This document shows, piece by piece, positions 9,313 to 19,037 of a stretch of 64,000 nt of DNA. A model generated the notes under the pieces. It ran no database searches and was not told where the DNA came from. It saw nothing but the letters and a program-made list of their open reading frames with translations. Position numbers and translations under genes: made by a program. Each line of letters begins with the position of its first letter. Positions within the stretch are counted from its first letter, which is position 1. This DNA is from a bacterium (lineage in GTDB: Bacteria > Patescibacteriota > Microgenomatia > Woykebacterales > RBG-16-39-9b). Location of the stretch: positions 394,460 through 458,459 of the forward strand of contig JAUYID010000009.1 in assembly GCA_030704665.1 (NCBI GenBank), given 5' to 3'.

Positions 9313-9320
9313 TTTAAAGA

Positions 9321-9346
9321 TGAAAAACCAGCTTCTGACAAGCTGG
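9321..9346 (-). terminator. putative terminator downstream of the Clp ATPase gene
   Basis: Stem CCAGCTT/AAGCTGG followed on the minus strand by TTTTTCATCTTT. It lies directly 5' of the DUF4352 start codon. Confidence 0.4.
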
Positions 9347-9480
9347 GCAATTTCGTTCGGTTATTATGCGGAACGAAAAAACATTTGTCAAGTAGACAAA
9401 GGGTTCTCTATCAGCCGTAATCCTTTAACTATAAGTTTTTGGCTTATTTAAACAGCGGAAGAAGCTATAAGATAATGTAT

Positions 9481-11925
9481 TTAAGAATTTGGAACAGTGG
9501 GAAGGAGGCTTAAATTGTCGTTTTGGAAATCAAGAATGACACTGCTCCCCCGCTGCAAGGACCCTTCCAAAAGTTTTTTGGAAAGAAGAGCCTCAACTTC
9601 ATCCTGCATGAGGCGGCGCAGGCTGCGGGCCCCATAAGTTGGATCGTAGCCTTTTTTGGCCAAGAACTCGAGGGTTGCTGCTGTGACTTGGAGTTTAATA
9701 TCTTGTTGCTCCATTCTTTTGACTAGGTCAGCAAAAAGGAGTTTGACCACTTCAACTACTTCAGTTTGGGACAAAGGTTTGAAGACGATGACATCATCGA
9801 AGCGGTTGAGGAATTCAGGTTTAAAGGTGCCTTCTCTTTGGAGTTTGTCGAGCAAGGAAGTTTTGATTTGTGTGAGTGGTAGATTTGCGTTGACTGATTC
9901 GCGGATGTACTCGGCCCCCGCGTTGGAAGTAGCGATAATGATAGTATTGGTAAAGGAAATGATACGCCCTGAAGAATCAGCTGCCTTACCTTCGTCAAAA
10001 ATAGCCAAAAAAGTCTCTTGAATTTTTTGGTGCGCTTTTTCCATTTCATCAAGCAGTATCAAGGAAAAAGGTTTTGTCCTTACCGCCTCCATGAGCTGTC
10101 CCCCGCTCTCAAAACCGCTTTGTCCAGGCGGTGGACCGATGAGACGGTTGATCGAAGTCTCATTTTCAAATTCACTCATATCGAGACGAATAATTGCTTT
10201 TTCATCCCCAAAATAAGATTGCGCAAGAGCTTTGGCAGTTTCGGTTTTTCCGACTCCAGTTGGTCCGAGAAAAAGGAAAACCCCGATCGGTCGTGGGCTG
10301 GTTCGGACCATGGTGCGAGCCCGCCGAACCGCTTCAGCAACAGAAGTGATAGCCTCGTTTTGGGAGATAACCCTCTGGTGCAGCGTTTTTTCAAGATTGA
10401 GCAGTTTCTCCGCTTCTTCACCAGAAGCTAAAGCGATTGGAACCTTGGTTTTTGCAGTTAGAACAGATTCAACATCACCTGGCTCAACCACAGCTTTCTT
10501 TTTGAGGTTGACGGCGGCCGCAATTTCGTCGAGTAAGTCAATCCCTTTGCCGGGGAAAACCCGATCAGTCAAATAACGGTTGGCAAGCTCAACACAATAG
10601 GTCAAAGCTTTGTAAGTGACAGTGACCCGGTGTTTCTTTTCAATCTGAGCAAGCCTTCCTTCCAAGATACGGATCGTTTCTTCCTGGCTTGTTTCGGGAA
10701 TGTCGGTTACCTCAAAATGCTCTGAAAAGGCAGGTTTTTGTTCGATATATTGGTGGTAAGCGTTTCTTGTCGAGGTAGCAATGATTTGTAAAGCAGAGTT
10801 GGCGATTTGGTTAAAAATAAGTCCAGAAAGATCATAAGTCGCTCCAGCAATGCTTTCTATTTGGGGAATGTAAAGGACGACGTTGCCGGCATGTGAAAGC
10901 TCGTCAAAGATACTTTTGATTCTGTCTTCCAGCTCCCCACCTTGTGCTTGCGCAACTAAAGAAGTCAGGTCGAGCTGCAAAAAGCGCTTGTATTTGAGCT
11001 CTTCCGGCAGGGTTCCAACCAAAGACTTGAGGGCGAGACCGTAGATCAGAGCTTCTTTACCAATGCCGGGTTCCCCAAGCAAAATTAGATTGCGTTTACT
11101 GCCTCGACCGAGAACCTCTTCGATTTGGGTGATTTCTTTGTCGCGCCCGATCAAGGTCCCGTCAAAACTACCTTTGACCAGACCTTTGCTCAAATCGAGA
11201 GTGTACTGCTCAGTCCAGTAGGTCCAGCCTCCACTCCAGAATTCTCCCATACCCTGGCCCATACGTTTGGGAGATTTTTCCCAGAAAGGGACCGACTCCT
11301 CCCCGCGTATCCAAAAAGCAATATTGAGTAGATCGCTGCTTTTGAGCTTTTTCTGAAAAAGAGCCCGCGCCAGGAGTGGACTTTTTTCAAAGAGAGTTAA
11401 AAGTAAATCGATTTCATCGACAAAGGAGCGTTTTTCTTTTTTTGTATACTCAGCAGCGGTGGTCATCAGTTGGTTGAGGTCAGTTTTTTCATCGGCCAAA
11501 GACTTTTTCAAAGAAGCAGTTTCTTCGCGGCTAAAATCAGCCCTCGTCAAAACTTCAGCAACAAGTTTTGCTGAATCTAGAGAAGAAAAAAGTGAACCGA
11601 CCGCTTTCCAATCTGAGGTTTTAAGCAAGATTTTTGCTAGAGAAAGGCTGATAAATTTTTGGTAGTCCCCTACTTGCCCAACTCTGGCAGCTGGTTTCCA
11701 AAAAGAAAGTTTGTAGCGGTAAAAAGCTTCAAACATGACGAAGAGAATGAAAAGGGAAAAGGCTAAGTAAGGCGGTTTTTCGGTTTGTTGGGTCAGTGGC
11801 AGGATCAGCAACAAGAAAAGCACTACTCCCAGTCCACCACGGGCGACTTTGGCTGGTAGGGAGCCGTAGAAAAGGTCGAAACTGGCAATTTGAAAGATAG
11901 AAGCCTTAACGGAAGATAGATGCAT
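9481..11925 (-). CDS. Clp/Hsp100-family AAA+ ATPase (ClpC/ClpA-like) with N-terminal transmembrane region
   Basis: Two AAA modules (GEPGIGKEALI and GPTGVGKTETAKALA Walker A boxes, and the sensor-2 GARSLRR). The usual Clp-N domain is replaced by about 2 TM helices in the first 80 aa. Confidence 0.85.
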   Translation of the reverse strand: MHLSSVKASIFQIASFDLFYGSLPAKVARGGLGVVLFLLLILPLTQQTEKPPYLAFSLFILFVMFEAFYRYKLSFWKPAARVGQVGDYQKFISLSLAKILLKTSDWKAVGSLFSSLDSAKLVAEVLTRADFSREETASLKKSLADEKTDLNQLMTTAAEYTKKEKRSFVDEIDLLLTLFEKSPLLARALFQKKLKSSDLLNIAFWIRGEESVPFWEKSPKRMGQGMGEFWSGGWTYWTEQYTLDLSKGLVKGSFDGTLIGRDKEITQIEEVLGRGSKRNLILLGEPGIGKEALIYGLALKSLVGTLPEELKYKRFLQLDLTSLVAQAQGGELEDRIKSIFDELSHAGNVVLYIPQIESIAGATYDLSGLIFNQIANSALQIIATSTRNAYHQYIEQKPAFSEHFEVTDIPETSQEETIRILEGRLAQIEKKHRVTVTYKALTYCVELANRYLTDRVFPGKGIDLLDEIAAAVNLKKKAVVEPGDVESVLTAKTKVPIALASGEEAEKLLNLEKTLHQRVISQNEAITSVAEAVRRARTMVRTSPRPIGVFLFLGPTGVGKTETAKALAQSYFGDEKAIIRLDMSEFENETSINRLIGPPPGQSGFESGGQLMEAVRTKPFSLILLDEMEKAHQKIQETFLAIFDEGKAADSSGRIISFTNTIIIATSNAGAEYIRESVNANLPLTQIKTSLLDKLQREGTFKPEFLNRFDDVIVFKPLSQTEVVEVVKLLFADLVKRMEQQDIKLQVTAATLEFLAKKGYDPTYGARSLRRLMQDEVEALLSKKLLEGSLQRGSSVILDFQNDNLSLLPTVPNS

Positions 11926-12268
11926 AAATTCCCCAGAAAAAGATAAACGGTAAAACGACCCAAACTAAAAAGAGGCTGGCCTCGATTGCGATCAACCCAA
12001 CCAAGAAGAAAGCATCAAAGACCAAAAGTAAGCTTTTCAAACCTACTCCGAAAAAGGTCGCAAAGCGCGTCAAACCTTCTCGGTACTCATTTTTCCACGG
12101 TTTGAAGAAAGTTTTGAAGATCGAATCAATGGAAAGCAGCTGGAGAAAGGCGCGAAAGATGTAAATGAGGATTTGGATGAGTTCAACAGTTGCTTCGAGA
12201 AACCACCAAACGACGAAATCAATCGGGAGACGAAGCAAATAACTAGTAAAAGAAACGGCAGGCCGCAT
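11906..12268 (-). CDS. small membrane protein, unknown function
   Basis: 120-aa hydrophobic ORF that overlaps the Clp gene start by 20 nt. Confidence 0.35.
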   Translation of the reverse strand: MRPAVSFTSYLLRLPIDFVVWWFLEATVELIQILIYIFRAFLQLLSIDSIFKTFFKPWKNEYREGLTRFATFFGVGLKSLLLVFDAFFLVGLIAIEASLFLVWVVLPFIFFWGIYASIFR

Positions 12269-12323
12269 GAATTTAATTTTAACCTAATTACCCTACCGCA
12301 GCAACAAGAGCAAAATAAAAAGC

Positions 12324-12382
12324 TGTCATTCTGAAGCGAAGCTGAAGAATCTTGAGATCCTTCACTAGTCGTTCAGGATGAC
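12324..12382. repeat. ORF-less palindromic element (MITE-like derivative of the GIY-YIG element)
   Basis: TGTCATTCTGAAGCGAAGCTGAAGAATCTT followed by GAGATCCTTCACTAGTCGTTCAGGATGACG. The two arms are the left and right TIRs of the GIY-YIG elements fused without an ORF. It sits at the boundary of the GC-rich block. Confidence 0.7.
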
Positions 12383-12500
12383 GTTAGGGTGTTGAATAAG
12401 ACTATTTAAGTAACTTTCGGGTGAGTGTTCGGGAGTTCTTTCGGGTCCTTCGGGTGCGAGCTAGGTTGGTTAAAACCGTTTGTGCTCGCACCCTTGACCT

Positions 12501-13259
12501 CTACTCGATTCTCTGGAATTCGCATGGAATCCAGCCAAGTTCTACGTACTGACCTTGGACCTCACACCAGTAGTGACCATCGTTGCCAAGGACGGGTTCG
12601 GACATCAGGGTAACCCTGTCTCTTCCGTAAGCAAGGTCCGTGCGTCCATACTCATCGATGTGGAGAGGTTCACCGTTCGGTGACGCCCGAAGGATGAAGT
12701 TGTAGCCGACGAGCAACTCCTCTCCAATCTCGAAATCGGGTTTGCGCCGCGAAGGTAGTTCGGGGAAAGGACCGTACAGCTGATCGCTGTCCGAAATGTA
12801 GAAATCCAACCCTTCGACATAGACGCCGCCGCGCAGAACTATCACCGGCCAAAACCAAAAGCCGGCCGGGTACTTCTCGCTCTTACCGAGAATTTCTGGC
12901 TCTCCACGAACCTGGACGAAGTCGCCCTGATGAACGTGAAGCTGTGTCAGACAACGTCCAGGAAGATCAGGAAGGACTTCACAAGTCCAGTAAGTGGCCG
13001 GTACACGCAAAACATCCCCAACCTCGTGTTGTTGAGTCAGAGTCGGTGTGTCAACCTGATTGGCCGAGACATCTGCTTGGTTCTGACCTGTGCTCGCAGT
13101 GTTTTCCGCTTCCTCGTCACTCCCAAAGAAGAAGACGAAGACGGCGACGAAGGTAAGCGAACCGATTACAAGTAACAACCCAAAGAACCAGTCTCGCTTC
13201 CACCACGGTGTTGAGGCGGAAAGCGGAGTTTCCGGTACGCCTTGTGATACTTTACCCAT
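12501..13259 (-). CDS. membrane-anchored hypothetical protein
   Basis: Start moved to the internal Met (MGKVSQG) so that it no longer overlaps the peptidase gene on the other strand. One TM helix followed by an acidic linker and beta-rich domains. Confidence 0.45.
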   Translation of the reverse strand: MGKVSQGVPETPLSASTPWWKRDWFFGLLLVIGSLTFVAVFVFFFGSDEEAENTASTGQNQADVSANQVDTPTLTQQHEVGDVLRVPATYWTCEVLPDLPGRCLTQLHVHQGDFVQVRGEPEILGKSEKYPAGFWFWPVIVLRGGVYVEGLDFYISDSDQLYGPFPELPSRRKPDFEIGEELLVGYNFILRASPNGEPLHIDEYGRTDLAYGRDRVTLMSEPVLGNDGHYWCEVQGQYVELGWIPCEFQRIE

Positions 13260-13326
13260 GAGATCCCTCTCTTTTGAACTCTCGCTCTTGCTTGAGTGCA
13301 TTATACAACTGGTAGGCCAGTTTATA

Positions 13327-13680
13327 ATGAAGATGATGACAAACCCCGAATTTGAAGCCCTTGTCGTAGAGGCGCTGGAAGAAATACCGGCTTTCTTTAA
13401 AGAAAAACTGGACAACGTTGATTTAGTTATCGAAGATTGGCCAGAGAGAAACCCGCCGGGTCAGTTTTTGCTCGGACTTTATCAAGGAGTCCCCCAAACT
13501 GCTTGGGGACGTGGGAGTGTCACTGTTCTTCCTGACAAAATCACTATTTATCAAAAACCGATTGAAATAGTTTCAGCTGGGGATCCGGAAAGAATTAAAA
13601 CTCAGGCGATTGAAACAGTCCAGCACGAGATCGCTCATCACTTCGGGATTTCTGACGAAAGATTAAGAGAACTGAAGTAG
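13327..13680 (+). CDS. zincin-like metallopeptidase (DUF1025/SprT-like minimal HExxH protein)
   Basis: HEIAHHFG is an HExxH zinc-binding motif in a roughly 117-aa protein. Start set at the internal Met (MKMMTNPEF); the upstream extension of the track ORF lies antisense to the neighbouring gene. Confidence 0.5.
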   Translation: MKMMTNPEFEALVVEALEEIPAFFKEKLDNVDLVIEDWPERNPPGQFLLGLYQGVPQTAWGRGSVTVLPDKITIYQKPIEIVSAGDPERIKTQAIETVQHEIAHHFGISDERLRELK

Positions 13681-13683
13681 TAG

Positions 13684-14328
13684 TTATCGTCTAATTTTAA
13701 TCAAGCAAGGGTCTTCCAAATCGCTGTAAGTAGTGGCATACATCCCAAAGATGAAGTCAGAAATTAAATATTTGTGTTCTCCTCCCCTTTTATCCCAAAG
13801 GGGGTCGTTGACGTAGATATGTGTTTCGTCTATTCCAGTGACTACGTTAAAATGAAAATTGAATCTTGGTTTTTCTGAAGTGAGAAACTGGGAAGTTAGA
13901 AGTGCAATTGGCGGTTGAGCCTTTTCCAATTCTGCTCGTATATCTTCGACTGTGGGGACTCGAACGGTGACTTTCCCACCCTCTTCGAGAAATTTGAGGG
14001 TAAATTTTAGCGAGGCTTTCTCTTGTCTTTTCTTCTTCTTTAAAAGCATCTCTTCTAATCTTTTGCGTATTTGATCTTTACTCAGATCAACATCTTTTAG
14101 AGTGTAAAGAGCGGGGTTGAAAGTAACCATTTCGACCTTAAAACCAAGCTTAATTAAATGAGAGCCAAGTTGAGCGCAATAAGTACCGTTTTTGAAAACT
14201 CGAATGGACCTTTTTAAATCTGAAAAAGTGGTTGGCAATTTATAGTATCTAGTCAGCATATTTAGTACTGCTAGACCACAATCTTCAGAACCCTTTTCTT
14301 GTCGAACCAGAGGGACATTAAATTTCAT
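13684..14328 (-). CDS. peptidase C39-like (papain-fold cysteine peptidase) domain protein
   Basis: QEKGSEDCGLAVLNML supplies the catalytic Q and C, and HFNVVTGIDETHIYVNDP the catalytic His, as in C39 bacteriocin-processing-type domains. Confidence 0.6.
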   Translation of the reverse strand: MKFNVPLVRQEKGSEDCGLAVLNMLTRYYKLPTTFSDLKRSIRVFKNGTYCAQLGSHLIKLGFKVEMVTFNPALYTLKDVDLSKDQIRKRLEEMLLKKKKRQEKASLKFTLKFLEEGGKVTVRVPTVEDIRAELEKAQPPIALLTSQFLTSEKPRFNFHFNVVTGIDETHIYVNDPLWDKRGGEHKYLISDFIFGMYATTYSDLEDPCLIKIRR

Positions 14329-14517
14329 AAAATGATTGTAACACTAAAGGGAAATAGGTTCAGAAGTGGAAAAATTTTTGACTGATTATAAAGACAATAA
14401 CACAAAAAATTACCGGCAAACAAGCGGTTGATTTTTCCAATTCCCCACCGGGATAATCAAGCTAGAAAGTCGCACGTTACCAACCCGTAACGTTCTGTAC
14501 CCATTTAAGGAGGGAGT

Positions 14518-15897
14518 ATGGGTAACTCTGGCATAGCCGCGGCGAAAAGGAAAGCCTCGTCATTAAACTTGGCCGAGCTTCTTGACGATGGTAACTACGA
14601 ATACAATTTCCAACCCAGTAGCCTGGAGTTGTCGAACATCAATGTCCTGGCCCAGCCGAGGAAGACTTTCGAGAACATTGCGCTTCTGGCTGAGGACCTC
14701 GCTGCTCACCAGCTACTTCACCCGGTGATTGTAGCTGAATTCGACCGAGGCTATTGCGAACGCTACTTGTCTGCAATCAACGATATTTGGCACTCTGACT
14801 ACGACATAGACCAATTGACTAGTACCCAGACAGCAGAGGGGGAACGTTACTACGTCTTGGTTGCTGGCGAACGGCGTTATCGAGCCTTCAGCTACCTTTG
14901 GTTTGAGGGCTGTATGGTTTGTCGTGAAAAAGGGCGAATCACACCAGGCAAGTGCTTTAGGAAGCACTTTCGGACTGGAAAAATTGAAGTCAGGCTCGCC
15001 CGAAACATTCCTCCGCTACAGGCACTCTATCGGCAACTAGCCGAGAACACGCACGAGAGAGTAGCACCGCATGAGGAGGCGATCGCCATAGGTGAGACCT
15101 ATGCCCTACTCAAGCAGAGGATGCCGGAGATAAGTCCTTCTGCTTTGGCCCGTGAGATTGGTATGGGTGTAGGTAAGGTCAGCGCTGCAGTTGCCTACTT
15201 TGCTCTGCCGGAATCGATCAAGATTGCGACAGCAGCCGGAACGATTTCCTACGGGATCGCCTTGCAGCTGGCAAGACTCAACGAAGACGGTGAATCAGAA
15301 GACTCTCTACACCGTTGGGCGACTCATGCCATCGTGAATGGCGTTCATCGACGGGTTGTTGACTTCAGAGATCTAGTCGATGCCTACCTGCTGAACAAAC
15401 ACTCTGGGCAAGTAGGTCTGTTCGACGAGGAGACTGAAGAGCAGACCAAACGACAACGAAATTACCGTCAAGTGGTGGCGCGAAATTTCGTTGCTAGTTA
15501 TCACTTGGTCATCCAATACTTCACCACTGTTGAGGATCGGTTTGACGATGGGACATTGGGGGCTGCCGACTCCCCTTTCTCGATCAGCAGTCCTATCAAG
15601 GCGATTCGTAAAGCGCTCAACCACTTCGAGAGGGTGCTTTTGCATCTCAAGCGTTATCTTCCTGCGAAGGAGCGCGTCCGGGCAACGGTAGTTGTGGCAG
15701 AATTAACCGAAGCCTTGGTTGTTCAGGAGCAGGGGCGTTTCGCAGAGGAGAAGATCGACGAAATTCTACGCTCTCTGTCCTCCGAGAGTCGTATCCAAGC
15801 CGAACTGCACATTGAACAGCTGGTTCAGCTACTCTCGGGACAAAACGAACGAAGAGAAGCACAGGAAAGGGAGCTCGCAATCACAGCGGTTGGATGA
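14518..15897 (+). CDS. ParB/Srx-domain protein (ParB-like, 459 aa)
   Basis: ParB box VLVAGERRYRA and a central HTH (ALAREIGMGVGKVSAAV). No parA is adjacent. SD GGAGGGAG lies upstream of the ATG. Confidence 0.7.
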   Translation: MGNSGIAAAKRKASSLNLAELLDDGNYEYNFQPSSLELSNINVLAQPRKTFENIALLAEDLAAHQLLHPVIVAEFDRGYCERYLSAINDIWHSDYDIDQLTSTQTAEGERYYVLVAGERRYRAFSYLWFEGCMVCREKGRITPGKCFRKHFRTGKIEVRLARNIPPLQALYRQLAENTHERVAPHEEAIAIGETYALLKQRMPEISPSALAREIGMGVGKVSAAVAYFALPESIKIATAAGTISYGIALQLARLNEDGESEDSLHRWATHAIVNGVHRRVVDFRDLVDAYLLNKHSGQVGLFDEETEEQTKRQRNYRQVVARNFVASYHLVIQYFTTVEDRFDDGTLGAADSPFSISSPIKAIRKALNHFERVLLHLKRYLPAKERVRATVVVAELTEALVVQEQGRFAEEKIDEILRSLSSESRIQAELHIEQLVQLLSGQNERREAQERELAITAVG

Positions 15898-16146
15898 GGC
15901 AGAGGAGACAGGTCGGTAGCCGTGGGAACAATTACCACTACCCACGGCTACCCTCGCCTAGTTTATCCTCTCTAAGTCAGGATCTTTTTGTCATTCTGAA
16001 TGTAATGAAGAATCTCTTTTCCTTCTATCACCCTTGCAGCCAATAGTGACAAAGCTTCTAGATCCTCGTTTTCACGAGGATGACGACTATCATTATTAAA
16101 AATAAGTAATTGGAAGATGAAAAGATCTCCCTCCTTTGAGTTCTTC

Positions 16147-16356
16147 TCATTTGACAAAACCGATGATACAGCCTTCTTCCCCGTAAACCGGCACATAACC
16201 CTCGGTTCGTTTTGGAGAATTGGCCCCAAGTTCACGGTTGCAATCACGGTGCATCACCCCGTCGTAAAGCACTCGCCCACCGACATAGACTGGTGAGAGG
16301 GTCAGAACCAAGATGGTTAACCAGAGTCTTAGTAGGTCTTTGCCGGAGTTGAACAA
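16147..16356 (-). CDS. small secreted Cys-containing protein
   Basis: 69 aa with a TTG start preceded by AAGGAGGG. N-terminal hydrophobic signal-like segment. Confidence 0.3.
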   Translation of the reverse strand: MFNSGKDLLRLWLTILVLTLSPVYVGGRVLYDGVMHRDCNRELGANSPKRTEGYVPVYGEEGCIIGFVK

Positions 16357-16368
16357 ATTTCTCCCTCC

Positions 16369-16518
16369 TTACTCTAGACTGGGTGTTGCTGTTTGCTGGA
16401 CAGTTGGACTTGTCTCAGGGATAAGGTCGTCTGTTGGCGAAGTCACTAGCAAGACCAACATCAAGGTCAGTCCCACCAACAGGGTCACGCTCAGACCGAG
16501 GCGGTATTCCTTCTTCAA
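16369..16518 (-). CDS. small single-TM peptide (49 aa), not in the ORF track
   Basis: TTG start 4 nt after AAGGAGG. LKKEYRLGLSVTLLVGLTLMLVLLV. Lies tandem to the 16147 gene. Confidence 0.25.
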   Translation of the reverse strand: MKKEYRLGLSVTLLVGLTLMLVLLVTSPTDDLIPETSPTVQQTATPSLE

Positions 16519-16570
16519 ATCCCCTCCTTAACTAACATTGTTATAGGTCATTATAACACTTCGTCGGTGG

Positions 16571-17431
16571 TTAGGCACTGAAGATTGAAAGGAGAACGAT
16601 ACCAAAAAGAGTGATCACAATACCAAAGATCTCTTTTTTTCGCAGAGGATCACGAAAGACAAAATAAGCTAAAACTGCGAAGAGAGCGCTGTAGGCTCCA
16701 GCAATCGGAGCAACAACCGCTACCAGTCCCCTTTCAATACCGAGGTTATAACTAAAAGAACCAATGCCAAGAATCAAAGAATTCAAAATTAAAACTGGCA
16801 AAATTCCCTGAAAAGTGGGTTTAACCAGCTTGATTCTTCTTACTCTCATAAAAAAGTAAACAAAGACATACATGAGCTGGGAGAGAACAATCGGCCAGTA
16901 CCAGCCGAGCTCTTGGACCGGAATTTTCAAAAAAGCCCAATAGACTCCCCAACACACCATGGAGACAAGAGCAAAAAGAACCGAGCGAGAGGAAAGAAGT
17001 TTTTGAGCTTTTAAATCCTGGAAATCCAGAGATGAAATCACGATCCCGGCAAAGATAATGATAATCGAGAGACTTTGCGGCTGGTTAATCTTCTCACCGA
17101 GGAAAATTAAAGAGAGGATGACTGTCAGAGCTGCAAAGGAGCCAACCAGGGTTCCAGCCAAAGAAGCGCTCCCTTCTTTCATCGCTTCATAAAAAGTAGT
17201 TGAAGCGGCGGCGGCGACGAGGCCGAGAGCCAGATTCAGAAGCAAAAGCGCAAAAGTTAAGTTTTTTAAATCAGAAAGAAAAAAAGGAGCAAAAACGATA
17301 AAGAGAAGAAACTGGAAGACAATAAACCAGATCGTAGTTGAGTAGGGTCCGATTTTGCGGGTGGCGACCGCCCCAAAGATGTCCCCCACTCCCCAGCCAA
17401 AGAAAGCAAGAAAGGCAAAAAGAATGGCCAT
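16571..17431 (-). CDS. EamA/DMT-superfamily transporter
   Basis: 286 aa with 10 predicted TM helices and two EamA-like halves (FGWGVGDIFGAV...). Confidence 0.8.
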   Translation of the reverse strand: MAILFAFLAFFGWGVGDIFGAVATRKIGPYSTTIWFIVFQFLLFIVFAPFFLSDLKNLTFALLLLNLALGLVAAAASTTFYEAMKEGSASLAGTLVGSFAALTVILSLIFLGEKINQPQSLSIIIIFAGIVISSLDFQDLKAQKLLSSRSVLFALVSMVCWGVYWAFLKIPVQELGWYWPIVLSQLMYVFVYFFMRVRRIKLVKPTFQGILPVLILNSLILGIGSFSYNLGIERGLVAVVAPIAGAYSALFAVLAYFVFRDPLRKKEIFGIVITLFGIVLLSIFSA

Positions 17432-17525
17432 TAAAGAAAATTGTACGTTCGGATGAGGATAAAGTCAAAGACGAATGATCTCTCCCCCAACTACCAAATT
17501 GATCACCCGTCCTTTGGAGCACTTG

Positions 17526-17783
17526 TCAGCTAGCTGAGTCGTTGTCCCACCAGCTTGGGCGGTGCACACGGAAGCGTCTCTTCTTGAATTCTCGGCGGTG
17601 CTTGCGTTCAACCACGTAGAGTAGGCCGAGTGTGACAGGAATGAGCGGTAGCCAGGTAGCGATGAAAGCCTCAAACCTGCTCAGTGAGGTCACGTCGAAG
17701 AACACCGAGGTTATCATGGCAATGGTAGAGCTCAAGACTACGGCAACGACGAAGATCTCGATGTCAGTCCAGCGGCGCTTCAT
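17526..17783 (-). CDS. small membrane protein
   Basis: 85 aa with 2 hydrophobic helices and a basic C-terminus. Confidence 0.3.
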   Translation of the reverse strand: MKRRWTDIEIFVVAVVLSSTIAMITSVFFDVTSLSRFEAFIATWLPLIPVTLGLLYVVERKHRREFKKRRFRVHRPSWWDNDSAS

Positions 17784-17786
17784 GAC

Positions 17787-18086
17787 TTATCTCCCGCTTT
17801 TGACAGGTTCGAACTTGATGAAGAGCGGTTGGATGGCGTTTGGAACACGTCCGTGAGTTTTGCAGGTGACTTTCTTTTTTTCTCCGCAAAACACGCCGCA
17901 GCTGGGACAGGCAAAGCCGCGTTCCGCTCCCTCGTCGAGAAACTCGATTGTCGCTTGAGCGATCTTCTGAGCTTGTACCTTGGAGATCCCGGCTTTTTCA
18001 GCCCACTTCTCGACCTTTTCTAAAGCGGCTTGAACTCGCAGATTGGGAAAAGCCAACGGCTTCCAAGAGTTGGTGGTGGCAACCAT
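17787..18086 (-). CDS. zinc-ribbon hypothetical protein
   Basis: CPSCGVFCGEKKKVTCKTHG contains a CxxC...C...H cluster. Confidence 0.4.
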   Translation of the reverse strand: MVATTNSWKPLAFPNLRVQAALEKVEKWAEKAGISKVQAQKIAQATIEFLDEGAERGFACPSCGVFCGEKKKVTCKTHGRVPNAIQPLFIKFEPVKSGR

Positions 18087-18187
18087 TATCAGTCTCCTTT
18101 GTGAGTATTGAGTTGTTGTTTGTGATTTTAAGCTGAGGTTGATCGTTTGTCAAAGAGGTGGTGGCGGGGTGAGTGGTTTGGACTCCA

Positions 18188-18730
18188 CTACTTGGATTTA
18201 CCCCGCCTCTTTTCTCTCTTCTTTCCTCTCCAAACTTCTTCGGTGACGAGAAGGAGGAGTCCGGAAAGGACTACGATATCTCCGGGACTGGCTATCACAC
18301 CACCACGAATTAGTTTGATGACGATTTGATCTCTTAGCGCAGTAAGGTTGCCCTCACCCTCTTCGACGACAACGTTTTTTGTTTGCGGCGCCCACGCCCC
18401 AGCTTCATAGTTTAGAGCGTAATCTGAGTTGATCGCTCTAGCTAGGACGGGTCTTTCTACCGGCATGAGCCCACCGTTGGCGAGTATCACGGAAAGATTC
18501 GTAGCCAAACCCACAAACATAACCACTACTCCGAGGCGATCGCGGTAAATCCAGAGCACTATCGGAGCGCAGGCAATGGTCAAGGGGACAAGGATCCGAA
18601 CCGTCAGGTCTGTGTCCGCGAGGCGGATAGCGGCAAACTGAACTACAAGTAGTAATAGCGCCGCTACGGCACTGCAGCCCTTCAACAGTTCTCGATCTAC
18701 CGCCTGTTTCTTGGTCAGAGATCCTTGCAT
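18188..18730 (-). CDS. membrane protein, unknown function (ANGGLMPV motif)
   Basis: 180 aa with 3-4 TM helices. Confidence 0.4.
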   Translation of the reverse strand: MQGSLTKKQAVDRELLKGCSAVAALLLLVVQFAAIRLADTDLTVRILVPLTIACAPIVLWIYRDRLGVVVMFVGLATNLSVILANGGLMPVERPVLARAINSDYALNYEAGAWAPQTKNVVVEEGEGNLTALRDQIVIKLIRGGVIASPGDIVVLSGLLLLVTEEVWRGKKREKRRGKSK

Positions 18731-18969
18731 TGGCCGTTTCCTTTGCTCTCACCGCGGATTTTCAGGTAGCCGAAGACCAAAGCCGTTGGCAGCCAGCAAG
18801 CCAAGAACAGTAGCAGAATTGCCCCTGTGGCTGCCGGTCCGGTCCAGTTGACGAAGAAGGACCAGCTTAGGGTTAGAGCATACATGAGGATTAAACTTAG
18901 AAAGGTGCTCCAGATGAAAAGAGGCACTTCTTTCGCCCACTCAATCCATTCCTTGAACCAGGTTTTCAT
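18715..18969 (-). CDS. small membrane protein
   Basis: 84 aa, Trp-rich, 2 TM helices. Overlaps the downstream gene by 16 nt. Confidence 0.35.
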   Translation of the reverse strand: MKTWFKEWIEWAKEVPLFIWSTFLSLILMYALTLSWSFFVNWTGPAATGAILLLFLACWLPTALVFGYLKIRGESKGNGQCKDL

Positions 18970-19037
18970 GTGATCGACCCTCCTTGGTTATTGAATTGTT
19001 CTTGCTCATTATACAGTTTGTGGGGAAATTTTGATTA

